A stretch of DNA of 64,000 nucleotides, taken from contig OY969696.1 of the NCBI GenBank assembly GCA_963702005.1, forward strand, positions 1,824,001 through 1,888,000, read 5' to 3'. The notes under the pieces were generated by a model, which did no database searches, was not told the origin of the DNA, and saw only the letters and a program-made list of their open reading frames with translations. The translations under genes and the position numbers were made by a program. Shown here piece by piece: positions 17,815-26,580 of the stretch (positions are counted from its first letter, which is position 1; each line of letters begins with the position of its first letter). This DNA comes from Candidatus Aminicenantes bacterium (GTDB lineage Bacteria > Acidobacteriota > Aminicenantia > Aminicenantales > JAFGBC01).

Positions 17815-20800
17815 ATGAATTTTTCGGAAACCTTCGTCCGCCGTCCCGTGATGACGACGCTGTTGATGTCGGCGCTCCTCATTTTCGGGATCCTGGGCTA
17901 CCGACTCCTCCCGGTGAGCGACCTCCCCAACGTCGATTTCCCGACCATCCTGGTCATCGCCGGCCTGCCCGGAGCAAGCCCCGAAACCATGGCCGCGACG
18001 GTCGCGACACCTCTCGAGAAGCAGTTCTCGACGATCCAGGGCCTGGACTCCATGACCTCGTCCAACCAGCTCGGCCTGACCATGATCACGCTCCAGTTCG
18101 CCCTGAGCCGCAACCTGGACGCAGCGGCTCAGGACGTCCAGGAAATGATGACCTTCGCCTCCCGCTATCTTCCCCAGAACATGCCCATGCCGCCGTATTA
18201 CCAGAAGGTCAATCCGGCCAACACGCCGATTCTCTTCATGCTCCTCAAGTCTGAGGCCCTGCCTCTCTCGACGATCGATGAGTACGCCCAGACGATGATC
18301 GCTCAGCGTATCTCGATGGTCCCCGGTGTCGCCCAGGTGGCCGTCTACGGCTCGCAAACTTACGCCGTCCGGGTCCAGCTCAACCCCGACGCCCTAGCTT
18401 CGCGAGGCATCGGGATCGACCAGGTCAGCCGCGCGGTCCAGACCGGAAACGTGAACCTGCCGACGGGAACCCTCTACGGTCCCAACCGGGCTTTCACGGT
18501 CCAGTCCAACGGCCAGCTCAACAACGCCGCCGAGTACCGGGACCTCGTTGTGACCTACCGGAACGGCTCCCCGGTCCGGCTGAAAGACCTGGGCCGGGTC
18601 ATCGACAGCGTTCAGAACGACAAGGTCGCGGCCTGGGCCTATAAGGGTGGGTCGCACGAACGGGCGGTCATGCTCGCGATCCAACGGCAGCCGGGGACGA
18701 ACACGGTCGCCGTGGCCGGCGCCGTCAAGAAACTCCTGCCCCTATTCCGCTCCCAGCTCCCGGCATCCGTCGACTTCCAGGTCCTCTTCGACAGGTCCGA
18801 GTCCATCCAGGCCTCGGTCAACGACGTCAAGACCGCGCTCATCATCGCCCTGATCCTCGTGGTCTTTGTCATCTTCTTCTTCCTGAGGAGCGTCCGGGCG
18901 ACGATCATCCCCAGCCTGGCCCTGCCGTTCTCGATCATCGGGACGTTCGCGGTGATGCAGATCCTCGGCTACAGCCTCGACAACCTGTCCCTGATGGCGC
19001 TCACTCTGTCGATCGGTTTCCTCGTTGACGACGCCATCGTCATGCTGGAGAATATCGTCCGCCACCAGGAGATGGGCGAGCAGGCCTTCGCGGCGACGCT
19101 CAAAGGCTCCAAGGAGATCGGATTTACGATCGTATCCATGACCCTCTCGCTGGCCGCGGTCTTCATCCCGATCATGTTTATGGGCGGGATTCTGGGCCGA
19201 CTGTTCCATGAGTTCGCCATCACCATCGCCGCCGCGGTCCTTTTTTCCGGGTTCGTCTCCCTGACCCTGACCCCGGCCATGGCCAGCCGCGTTCTCCGGG
19301 CGCCCGGCCAGGAAAAGCACGGGGCCCTGTATGTCGCGGCCGAAAAAGCTATCCAGGCCGCGCTCAATTTCTACCGGGTCACCCTGGCCTGGGTGTTGAG
19401 GCGCCGGCGCGCGACGCTGGCCTTCTCCGCGGTCATTCTCATCCTGACCGTCGTCCTCTTCATGAAGATCCCGAAGGGCTTCATCCCGAGCGAGGATTCG
19501 GGTCTGCTTATGGGCGTCACAGAGGCCGCCCAGGGCATATCCTTCCAGGCGATGACGGAGCATCAGGCCGCTGTGGCGAAAATCGTCCAGGACGACCCCA
19601 ACGTCGAGTCCTTCGCATCGTCCATCGGCGGCATGGGAGCCAGCAATGCGGGCCGGATGTTCATCCGCCTGAAGCCGCGCGGCCAGAGGCCGCTCAAAGC
19701 GGACGCGGTCGTCGAGAGCCTTCGACCGAAGCTTTTCGGCATCACCGGCATCAATTCCTTTCTCCAGAATCCGCCGCCCATCACGGTCGGCGGGCGTTTC
19801 ACGAAGAGCCTCTACCAGTTCACCCTCCAGAGCCCCGAGGTCGACACCCTCTACAGCAGCGCCGCCCAATTCGAATCCCGGATGCGCGCCCTGCCGCTCC
19901 TCCAGGATGTGACAAGCGATATGCAGCTCCAGAATCCCGAGGTCACGGTCGAGATCGACCGGGACAAGGCCCTGGCCCTGGGGGTCACGCCCTACCAAAT
20001 TGAAGACGCCCTCTATTACAGCTACGGCTCCCGGCAGGTTTCGACGATCTACGCCGCCACGAACCAGTACTACGTGATCATGGAGCTCGAACCCCAGTAC
20101 CAGAACGACCCCTCCCAGCTCTCCAAACTCTATATCCAGTCGTCGACGGGGAGGCTCGTGCCCCTCGATTCCGTGGCGCGCCTGGTCCCGACGGTCGGCC
20201 CCCTGACGGTCAACCATTCGGGTCAAATCCCTTCGGTTACGGTCTCGTTCAACCTCAAGCCGGGCGTTTCGCTCGGCCCGGCCGTGGCCGAGATCGCGGG
20301 CCTCGCCAAGGAGAACCTGCCGACCTCGGTCAGCACGTCATTCCAGGGCTCGGCCCAGGCCTTCCGGTCCTCGATGAGCGGGCTGGGCTTCCTGCTCCTG
20401 ATGACGATTGTCGTCATTTACTTGATCCTGGGCATCCTCTACGAGAGTTTCATCCATCCGCTGACGATCCTTTCGGCCCTGCCGTTCGCGGGTTTCGGCG
20501 CCCTGGTGACGCTCTTTCTCTTCCGCACCGAGCTCAGCATCTACGCCTTTGTCGGCGTCATCATGCTGGTCGGGTTGGTCAAAAAGAACGGCATCATGAT
20601 GGTTGATTTCGCCCTGGCCGCCGAACGCGGGGAGGGCAAGAAGGCCGAGGACGCCATCTTCGAGGCCTGTCTCATCCGGTTCCGGCCGATCATGATGACC
20701 ACGATGGCCGCCCTGTTCGGGACGCTGCCCATCGCCATCGGTTTCGGCGCCGGGGCCGAATCGCGGCGCCCGCTCGGGCTGGCGGTTGTCGGCGGGTTGC

Positions 20801-20922
20801 TGTTCTCGCAGCTCGTCACGCTCTACGTGACGCCGGTCATTTACGTCACCTTCGACAATCTCAGGAAAAGGTGGCGGAAGGGGAAGGGCGTACAGGTAGC
20901 GGCTAATCCTCGAAAGACCTGA
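17815..20922 (+). CDS. RND permease (MdtB/MdtC-like)
   Basis: FVRRPVMTTLL, VDDAIVMLENI, KKNGIMMVDF and RFRPIMMTT; 1035 aa. Confidence 0.95.
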   Translation: MNFSETFVRRPVMTTLLMSALLIFGILGYRLLPVSDLPNVDFPTILVIAGLPGASPETMAATVATPLEKQFSTIQGLDSMTSSNQLGLTMITLQFALSRNLDAAAQDVQEMMTFASRYLPQNMPMPPYYQKVNPANTPILFMLLKSEALPLSTIDEYAQTMIAQRISMVPGVAQVAVYGSQTYAVRVQLNPDALASRGIGIDQVSRAVQTGNVNLPTGTLYGPNRAFTVQSNGQLNNAAEYRDLVVTYRNGSPVRLKDLGRVIDSVQNDKVAAWAYKGGSHERAVMLAIQRQPGTNTVAVAGAVKKLLPLFRSQLPASVDFQVLFDRSESIQASVNDVKTALIIALILVVFVIFFFLRSVRATIIPSLALPFSIIGTFAVMQILGYSLDNLSLMALTLSIGFLVDDAIVMLENIVRHQEMGEQAFAATLKGSKEIGFTIVSMTLSLAAVFIPIMFMGGILGRLFHEFAITIAAAVLFSGFVSLTLTPAMASRVLRAPGQEKHGALYVAAEKAIQAALNFYRVTLAWVLRRRRATLAFSAVILILTVVLFMKIPKGFIPSEDSGLLMGVTEAAQGISFQAMTEHQAAVAKIVQDDPNVESFASSIGGMGASNAGRMFIRLKPRGQRPLKADAVVESLRPKLFGITGINSFLQNPPPITVGGRFTKSLYQFTLQSPEVDTLYSSAAQFESRMRALPLLQDVTSDMQLQNPEVTVEIDRDKALALGVTPYQIEDALYYSYGSRQVSTIYAATNQYYVIMELEPQYQNDPSQLSKLYIQSSTGRLVPLDSVARLVPTVGPLTVNHSGQIPSVTVSFNLKPGVSLGPAVAEIAGLAKENLPTSVSTSFQGSAQAFRSSMSGLGFLLLMTIVVIYLILGILYESFIHPLTILSALPFAGFGALVTLFLFRTELSIYAFVGVIMLVGLVKKNGIMMVDFALAAERGEGKKAEDAIFEACLIRFRPIMMTTMAALFGTLPIAIGFGAGAESRRPLGLAVVGGLLFSQLVTLYVTPVIYVTFDNLRKRWRKGKGVQVAANPRKT

Positions 20923-21323
20923 TAGCCAAGAAGGAATAATGAATCAACGCTGTAGGCGATAGGTTATTAAGCGAACAGCTTCCGGTCTGCGCAACGCAGA
21001 TCGCTCTCGTCATAGTAGGGATCGGCCCAGTTGCCATCGCTGGATAAGAACCAGCCCGCGGCTTCCGCCTGCTCCTGCTTTGAAGGAGATGCGGTTTTAG
21101 CGGACTTGGCTTTTTTGGCCATCGTTGACTGGCGATCGAGAAAATCGAAGTGGTCCACGAGGGCAATGGCTTCTATGGCGAATACAGTGGCAATATCATT
21201 GTCGTGGATCGCAATGAGATTATCCCCGTTTTTTTGTTCTCCCAAGAGGGCCAGGTTGGATGAGCCGCAATAAACCACTGGGTCCTGGCCGCTGAACCCG
21301 CATACGACGAACTTATGATGCAC

Positions 21324-21929
21324 GAAAGCTTTACAGGCTGCCCCGTGGCTTGCCACGGGGTGGAATGTATGCCTTGCCGAGGGGGTGATAAGGGGGACCG
21401 GAAAGTCCCCCTTATCCACAAAGGCCCTTGCTCGGGAGTGTGGTAAAGTATATGGGTGACGCTGAAACGGACGAGTCATTCGGTCTACGACACGTCCTAC
21501 CATCTGGTCTGGTGTCCGAAGTACCGGAAGAAGATTTTCGAGCGGGTGGAAGTCCGGGAACGAGCGAAACAGATCGTGGGAGAGATTTGCGAATCGTACG
21601 ATATTGAAATCATCGAGATGGAAATTACCGAAGATCATATTCATTTGCTAGTATCATTTCCGCCATCGCGATCGATCGGGGAGGTCGTCAGGATCATAAA
21701 GAGCATGAGTGGGAGGGGGTTGTTTCGCGAGTTTGCGGGCTTGAAAAAGAAGCTGTGGGGCGGGGAAGTGTGGGAGGACGGATATTTCGCAAGGACGGTC
21801 GGAGACCGGATGACGAGGGATGTGATCGCGAAGTACATCGTCAGTCACCGAGAACTGGAGCAAGGGCCTGCGCAGCTGGCCTTGAAGCTGCGCTCCTAAT
21901 GCCCCGCGGCTTGCCGCGGGGATCTTTAC
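21324..21929 (+). mobile_element. IS200/IS605-family element, tnpA only, 606 bp (copy 2)
   Basis: Identical to copy 1 except one synonymous change seen (A8536 vs T21536); inserted after TGCAC. Confidence 0.95.
21456..21899 (+). CDS. tnpA: IS200/IS605 Y1 (HUH) transposase
   Basis: Protein identical to that at 8456-8899. Confidence 0.95.
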   Translation: MTLKRTSHSVYDTSYHLVWCPKYRKKIFERVEVRERAKQIVGEICESYDIEIIEMEITEDHIHLLVSFPPSRSIGEVVRIIKSMSGRGLFREFAGLKKKLWGGEVWEDGYFARTVGDRMTRDVIAKYIVSHRELEQGPAQLALKLRS

Positions 21930-23484
21930 CTGGTGCCCAAGACCAAGCCCCGGCACTTGGTTGAATGGGGGCGGCAGTTTCGTTTTGGTCGGCTTGCCGG
22001 TGACCAGCACGCCGGTCTTCCTCCGCCGCGTATAAAGAAAGATACCGTCCGGCGTGTCGGAGATTCCGTAGCTGAATATGTTTTGATTGGAATGAAGTTT
22101 ATTCAGGGCGGGAATAATCGGTCCGGTGCTTTTCTTGTCGAGCCCCATTACCGCAAACAGCACACTGCCCTGGCTGTCGTTTTCCTCCTTCGCGATGCGC
22201 GCCGCCGCATTGCCCAAGGTTTCCTTGGCGAACTTCTCATCGTGGGGCGAAAATGTGATCTCGATCTGGGGGAGTTCGGCCGAAGAGAAAGAAAAAATAT
22301 TTCCGGCCGCCGGAGTCTTGATGAACTTCGCCGCCGATACGTTGTCGTTCCAGGCATTAGCGAAGACCTGCGCGTAGGCGGCCGCCACGTCCTTGTCGTT
22401 GAAGATCAGCACGTGGTTGGAGTTCACATAGAGACCGGTGACGGAGAAGTTGGTAGAGCCCGTCAGCACTTTCAGTGGGCCGCTTGCGTCCGAGACGATC
22501 AGGACCTTATCGTGAGAATAACGGCCGAATTTCCCGCGCATGATCGCTTTCGGCGTCTTGGCCGCTTGGCTGAAGAGGTTTTCAAATTCGTCTTCAGGCT
22601 TGGGCTTCTTCGCGTCATGGTGCAGACCGGCATTGTCGAGAATGACACGGATGCGGTGGTCTTTAGCCAACGCCAGAAACGCCTTCATGATGTCCGGTTC
22701 GTTGAGATCATAAGCGAACACGTCCAGCCGAAGATTCTTATCCTTAAGGACTTCATCGGCGATCCCGAGAATCTTGTCCCGAGCGGTGAAACCCAGCCAG
22801 GCATACTCCTCCGCAAAGGTGTAGCTCTTCCCCGCGTCGTTCTTTCCGGAAACCTTCGACGTATCGAATAGCAATTCCTTGGATTTGGGGCGGAAGACGG
22901 CCGTTTTGCTGAAGTGACGCACAAAGGCCTGCGATTGTGTAAAGCCCCGCGTAAAGCCCGCCTCGATCTTCCCCTTCGAGAACGGCTCCACGTTCAGGAT
23001 CACCGATACCGACAGCGCGGGATCGAGGGTCTTGAGCGAATTGTTCCCGTCGAAGTATCTCGGCGTAACCGTGTAGGTGTAAGGGCCGAAAACCGGCTTT
23101 GTCCCCTGGTGCGCCGATCCCGGCACATGCACCCATCGAAATTTATGGATCGGCGCGTTAATGCTGGAATAGGCCGGTTCCGTGGCATCCTGCGCGTGCT
23201 GGGCGGGGTTCTTGAAGCTCAGGTTGTTGAACAGGTAGTAGGCCTGCTTTCCATCAGGACGACATTGGATGGTAAAACCCGCAAGGTTTTTAGCCTTTTC
23301 CTTCTGCAGGTTGAAAGCCAGGAGTGTCCTGGCGTCCCCTTGATACGCTTTCAGGGAGAAGCCGTCTTTTTGTGCCGTGATATTCATCGCGGCCTCCTTG
23401 TGAATAATGGAGGGGACTGAAATTTCGACTGCTTCAACCCCCTCCCCATTACAATAAAATTATATTGCCGTCCGCCCGGCGATG

Positions 23485-24173
23485 TCAATGACCTCTGCCG
23501 ATCCAACCCTGGTAAATCATCTCCTGATCCGGGCTCGGGTTCGGAATCCTCTTGATGCGGTATCCGGGATCTATCTTTTTCGCCAGGACGACCGAGACCT
23601 CTTTTTCCTCGCCGCCCCTGGAAAAGCGGACGGTGACCGTATCCCCGGGCTTTTTGGAATCGATGATCTTCTTCATGGCCGCGGCATCGACCGTGACGCC
23701 GTCCAGAGCTAAGATCACGTCCCGGGGGGCGATGCCAGCGCGCCCCGCCGCGGAATGACCACCCGCGCTCCAGACGAAAAGCTTGCCGTCCCGCTCCCGG
23801 ACCGTCGCTCCCAGGTCGGCCTCGTCAAGTTCCTTGGGCAACTCGACCTCCAACCCGGCATAGCCGAGATATTTGAGATAGCGGTTTTCTTCCACTTCAG
23901 CGGATTCCCCGATCCGTCGATAGCCCTAAAATCCTGGACGTTCCCGGCATAATCGATGATTTCGTAATAGCCCGGCATCCAGACCGGCATCTTGAAATCC
24001 CGCGTCTCGCCCTTCAATCCTTCGCAGCGAAGGACGACATGGAACAGGTGCGAGGCCGGTTCGTCCATGGAGACCGTGAAGGCCATGGTGCTGTTCGGCG
24101 GTGCCGCGAAGGCCGAGGCGGCCGCGACGAGCCAAATCATAAAGAACGCGAATGCCCTGGGCCGAGTCTTCAT
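23485..24173 (-). pseudogene. Internally deleted, frameshifted copy of the M61 peptidase at 49060-50850
   Basis: N-terminal and PDZ parts align closely with the intact copy. The junction at 23880/23881 lacks the equivalent of 49450-50557, including HEYFH. Confidence 0.9.
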
Positions 24174-24197
24174 TCCATGATCTCCATTGCGCTAACC

Positions 24198-24294
24198 TTA
24201 ACCCGTTCGCCGACGCTACCCCGCCTTTCAATACACATGAGCCGTTTCCGGTTCATGAGTGCCGGCATTCATGCCGTGGAGTCGAGGGTTTGAC
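24198..24294. repeat. Palindromic element (copy A) flanked by TTAAC and TTGAC
   Basis: CCGTTCGCCGACGCTACCCCGCC...GTCGAGGGT TTGAC; shares its left end and inner hairpin pieces with copy B. Confidence 0.8.
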
Positions 24295-24533
24295 TCCGTA
24301 TAGATTTTTCCGACATAGGCAGCCGCCAGCAAGCACAAGTTGAAGACGGGCACGCTTTCACAAAAAGTTTCGATCTGCTTACGCCTTTTGGCGCCGAGTA
24401 CCCCCGCATACAGCTCGAATACGGTTATGGCTGTTACAGCCAGGCGCCCTTCCTGCAGCAGATATGTCAGGGCTTGAGCAAAGGGCGGAGTATCAGTGAA
24501 GAAATCGAGTACGACATCTGTATCCGTGATCAC
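24295..24533 (-). pseudogene. VapC/PIN toxin, 3' truncated
   Basis: GTG start, ITDTDVVLDF...TAITVFELYAG. About 80 codons, then the frame runs into element A before the C-terminal acidic motif. Confidence 0.75.
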
Positions 24534-24676
24534 TAAATGCGCCAATTCTTCCGGATCTCCCCAAGCCCCTTTTTCGTCTCAGCAGCCTCTTCGGCATTCC
24601 AGCTTCCTCTCAACTTCATCAAGACGCTCAGGGAGAGGTCTCTTGGCCGTCTCTCCGCTCTCTCCAGCCGCCCTTG
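24533..24676 (-). pseudogene. Probable antitoxin, 5' truncated
   Basis: Manual translation ...LMKLRGSWNAEEAAETKKGLGEIRKNWRI*; its TAG overlaps the PIN GTG; upstream the frame is closed by a stop inside element B. Confidence 0.5.
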
Positions 24677-25006
24677 ACCCGTTCGCCGACGCTACCCCGC
24701 CCTTAAAGGCGGGGCTTAAAATCGGAGCCCCGCCTTTCAAGGCGGGGACGAGAAGCGACACTTTTGTACTCAGCCCCTTTAGAGGAGATGGGGCTGAGTG
24801 GGCTCAAGGTTAACCCCGAACAAGCCCCGGCCTTGCAGTACTCATACTAAGCCGGAAACGGCTTAGTATGTGTGCCGGCATTCATGCACTCATGAACCGT
24901 TTCCGGTTCATGAGTACTGGCGCTCCAATGAGCATTAGTCCGTGGAGCTTCGGCCGGGGAGCAGCCTTGCAGCACTCATGGCTTCCATGAGTGTCGAGGG
25001 GTTGAC
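24674..25006. repeat. Large nested palindromic element (copy B) flanked by TTGAC direct repeats
   Basis: Same termini as A and C, with at least seven hairpins, e.g. CCCCGCCCTTAAAGGCGGGG, CCCCGCCTTTCAAGGCGGGG and ACTCATGAACCGTTTCCGGTTCATGAGT. Confidence 0.85.
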
Positions 25007-25030
25007 ATGCTCCGAGCTTCGATTTATATT
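25002..25030 (+). promoter_or_regulatory. Sigma70-type promoter whose -35 is the element's right TTGAC
   Basis: TTGACA-17 bp-TATATT upstream of the C45 peptidase gene. Confidence 0.65.
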
Positions 25031-25210
25031 TCCGGAAAGTGACGAGATGGGATTATTGATGCGAGAAGCCGCCATATTATCCCATTTCAAAGAGAGGATT
25101 TCATTTCTCCTTATTCCGGGGACCTCATGCCTGATAAATGGACCAAATCAGGGGGCAGGTCACCGAGCGCCATGATTTACTATCGCTTTCATTAGGGAAG
25201 GAGGGATAAG

Positions 25211-26371
25211 ATGTTCAACAGATCCAAATTTCCGAGGACTTTTCTCTCGATGTTTCTCGTCGTCATGTTTTTTAGCGCCGTTTCGCTTTGTCCTGCGGAA
25301 ACGTATCCAATCCCAAAATCCGCGAGTCCCTTGAAGGAAGTTCCCATACCCGTCATCCATGTCAAGGGCAGCCATTATGAGGTCGGGCGTCAGATCGGGA
25401 CCCAGCTCAAGAATAACCTTATCCAAGAAGTCGCGGAGATGAAGAAGAATAAAGACTGGGAAAAGATCAAATCGGAAGCGGGACTCTTTCTTCAATATTC
25501 CAGGAAATACGTGCCCGAGTATGTGATGGAGGTTCAGGGCGCGGCCGACGCCGCCGGGTTGGCATTGGAGGATCTTTTTCCCTCCGTTTGTGAAGAAATT
25601 GGGTCCTACGGATATGAATATACAAATGGCTGCAGCGATCTCATCGCCTCCAACGATGTCACCGAAGACGGATCCGTCCTCGCGGCGCATAACAATGACA
25701 CGTCTGTTTCCACTCAAGAGCATGTCACCATCATTCACTACCAGGTGGACGGCGAGCCTGAGATCGTCGCCGTCGGTTATGGGGGATTGGGGATCAGCGT
25801 CGGCTACAATTCGGCGGGCATAAGTCTGACGGGCAATCAGGTCGACTCCAACGATATGAGAGTCGGAGTTCCCCGGTTCCTCCTCGTTCGCAAGATCCTG
25901 GCCGCTCAAAGGATCGGTCAGGCGATCGATGCGGCCATCTTAAGACAAAGGGCCTCCGATTATAATCAGGTGATCGCAGACTCGAACGGGGAGATCTACA
26001 GCATCGAAGGCTCAGCCACCGACTACGCGCCGCTCTACGCGACGGATGGCTATCTTGTTCATACCAATCATTTTATCGCTCCGTGGATGAGAAAGTTCGA
26101 GCTTGACCCGAACGCGATCACCTCTTCTATTGTCCGCTACAACCGCGGGATCAGATTGATCAAAAACAACCTGCATAAGCTGAATGCCGAGAGGATGAAA
26201 GAATTTTTATCGGACCATGTGAATTATCCCAATTCCATCTGTTCGCACGGGGAAAAAGTGAAAACCACGTTTTCGGTCATCATCAACCTCAATACGCTCA
26301 CGATGCTTTTGGCCAAAGGCAACCCGTGTGAGGTCAAATACAACGAGTACAAACTCATTTCCAAACGATAA
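25211..26371 (+). CDS. C45-family Ntn-hydrolase (peptidase/acyltransferase), secreted
   Basis: Signal peptide; GSHYEVGRQIG, autocleavage G-C (NGCSD), AHNND and VHTNHF. Confidence 0.85.
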   Translation: MFNRSKFPRTFLSMFLVVMFFSAVSLCPAETYPIPKSASPLKEVPIPVIHVKGSHYEVGRQIGTQLKNNLIQEVAEMKKNKDWEKIKSEAGLFLQYSRKYVPEYVMEVQGAADAAGLALEDLFPSVCEEIGSYGYEYTNGCSDLIASNDVTEDGSVLAAHNNDTSVSTQEHVTIIHYQVDGEPEIVAVGYGGLGISVGYNSAGISLTGNQVDSNDMRVGVPRFLLVRKILAAQRIGQAIDAAILRQRASDYNQVIADSNGEIYSIEGSATDYAPLYATDGYLVHTNHFIAPWMRKFELDPNAITSSIVRYNRGIRLIKNNLHKLNAERMKEFLSDHVNYPNSICSHGEKVKTTFSVIINLNTLTMLLAKGNPCEVKYNEYKLISKR

Positions 26372-26402
26372 AAAGCTCTCAAACGATGGCTCTCCTTCCG
26401 GC

Positions 26403-26431
26403 TTGACAATGCGAAAGTGATTTTATATTAT
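26403..26431 (+). promoter_or_regulatory. Sigma70-type promoter of the TonB receptor gene
   Basis: TTGACA-17 bp-TATTAT. Confidence 0.7.
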
Positions 26432-26580
26432 AACCCCAACTCTAAGAGGTTTGTTTCAGATCGCGGCAATAAGAGATCTTATGCCAACGTTCGATGAGAG
26501 CACGCAGGGAGACGGGGAGAAGCCGAAAAACCGCCGAGCCGATATTGCCATGGGCAAATTAATAGAATAAGGAGGGGACA

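Larger units (their letters stand above)
20967..23387 (-). pseudogene. Phospholipase D-family gene, interrupted by IS at 21324-21929
   Basis: First motif SHDKVLIVSD...GSTNFS. Removing the IS rejoins GHQ|VHHKFVV...GSSNL in frame (604 aa). Confidence 0.85.

Noticed and set aside
8324-21929. Composite transposon formed by the two direct IS copies, which are exactly 13,000 bp apart
   Set aside because: Each copy reconstitutes its own host gene on removal, so they are independent insertions. The round spacing is taken as coincidence.
24198-25006. CRISPR array
   Set aside because: No regularly spaced identical repeats with uniform spacers, and no cas genes.
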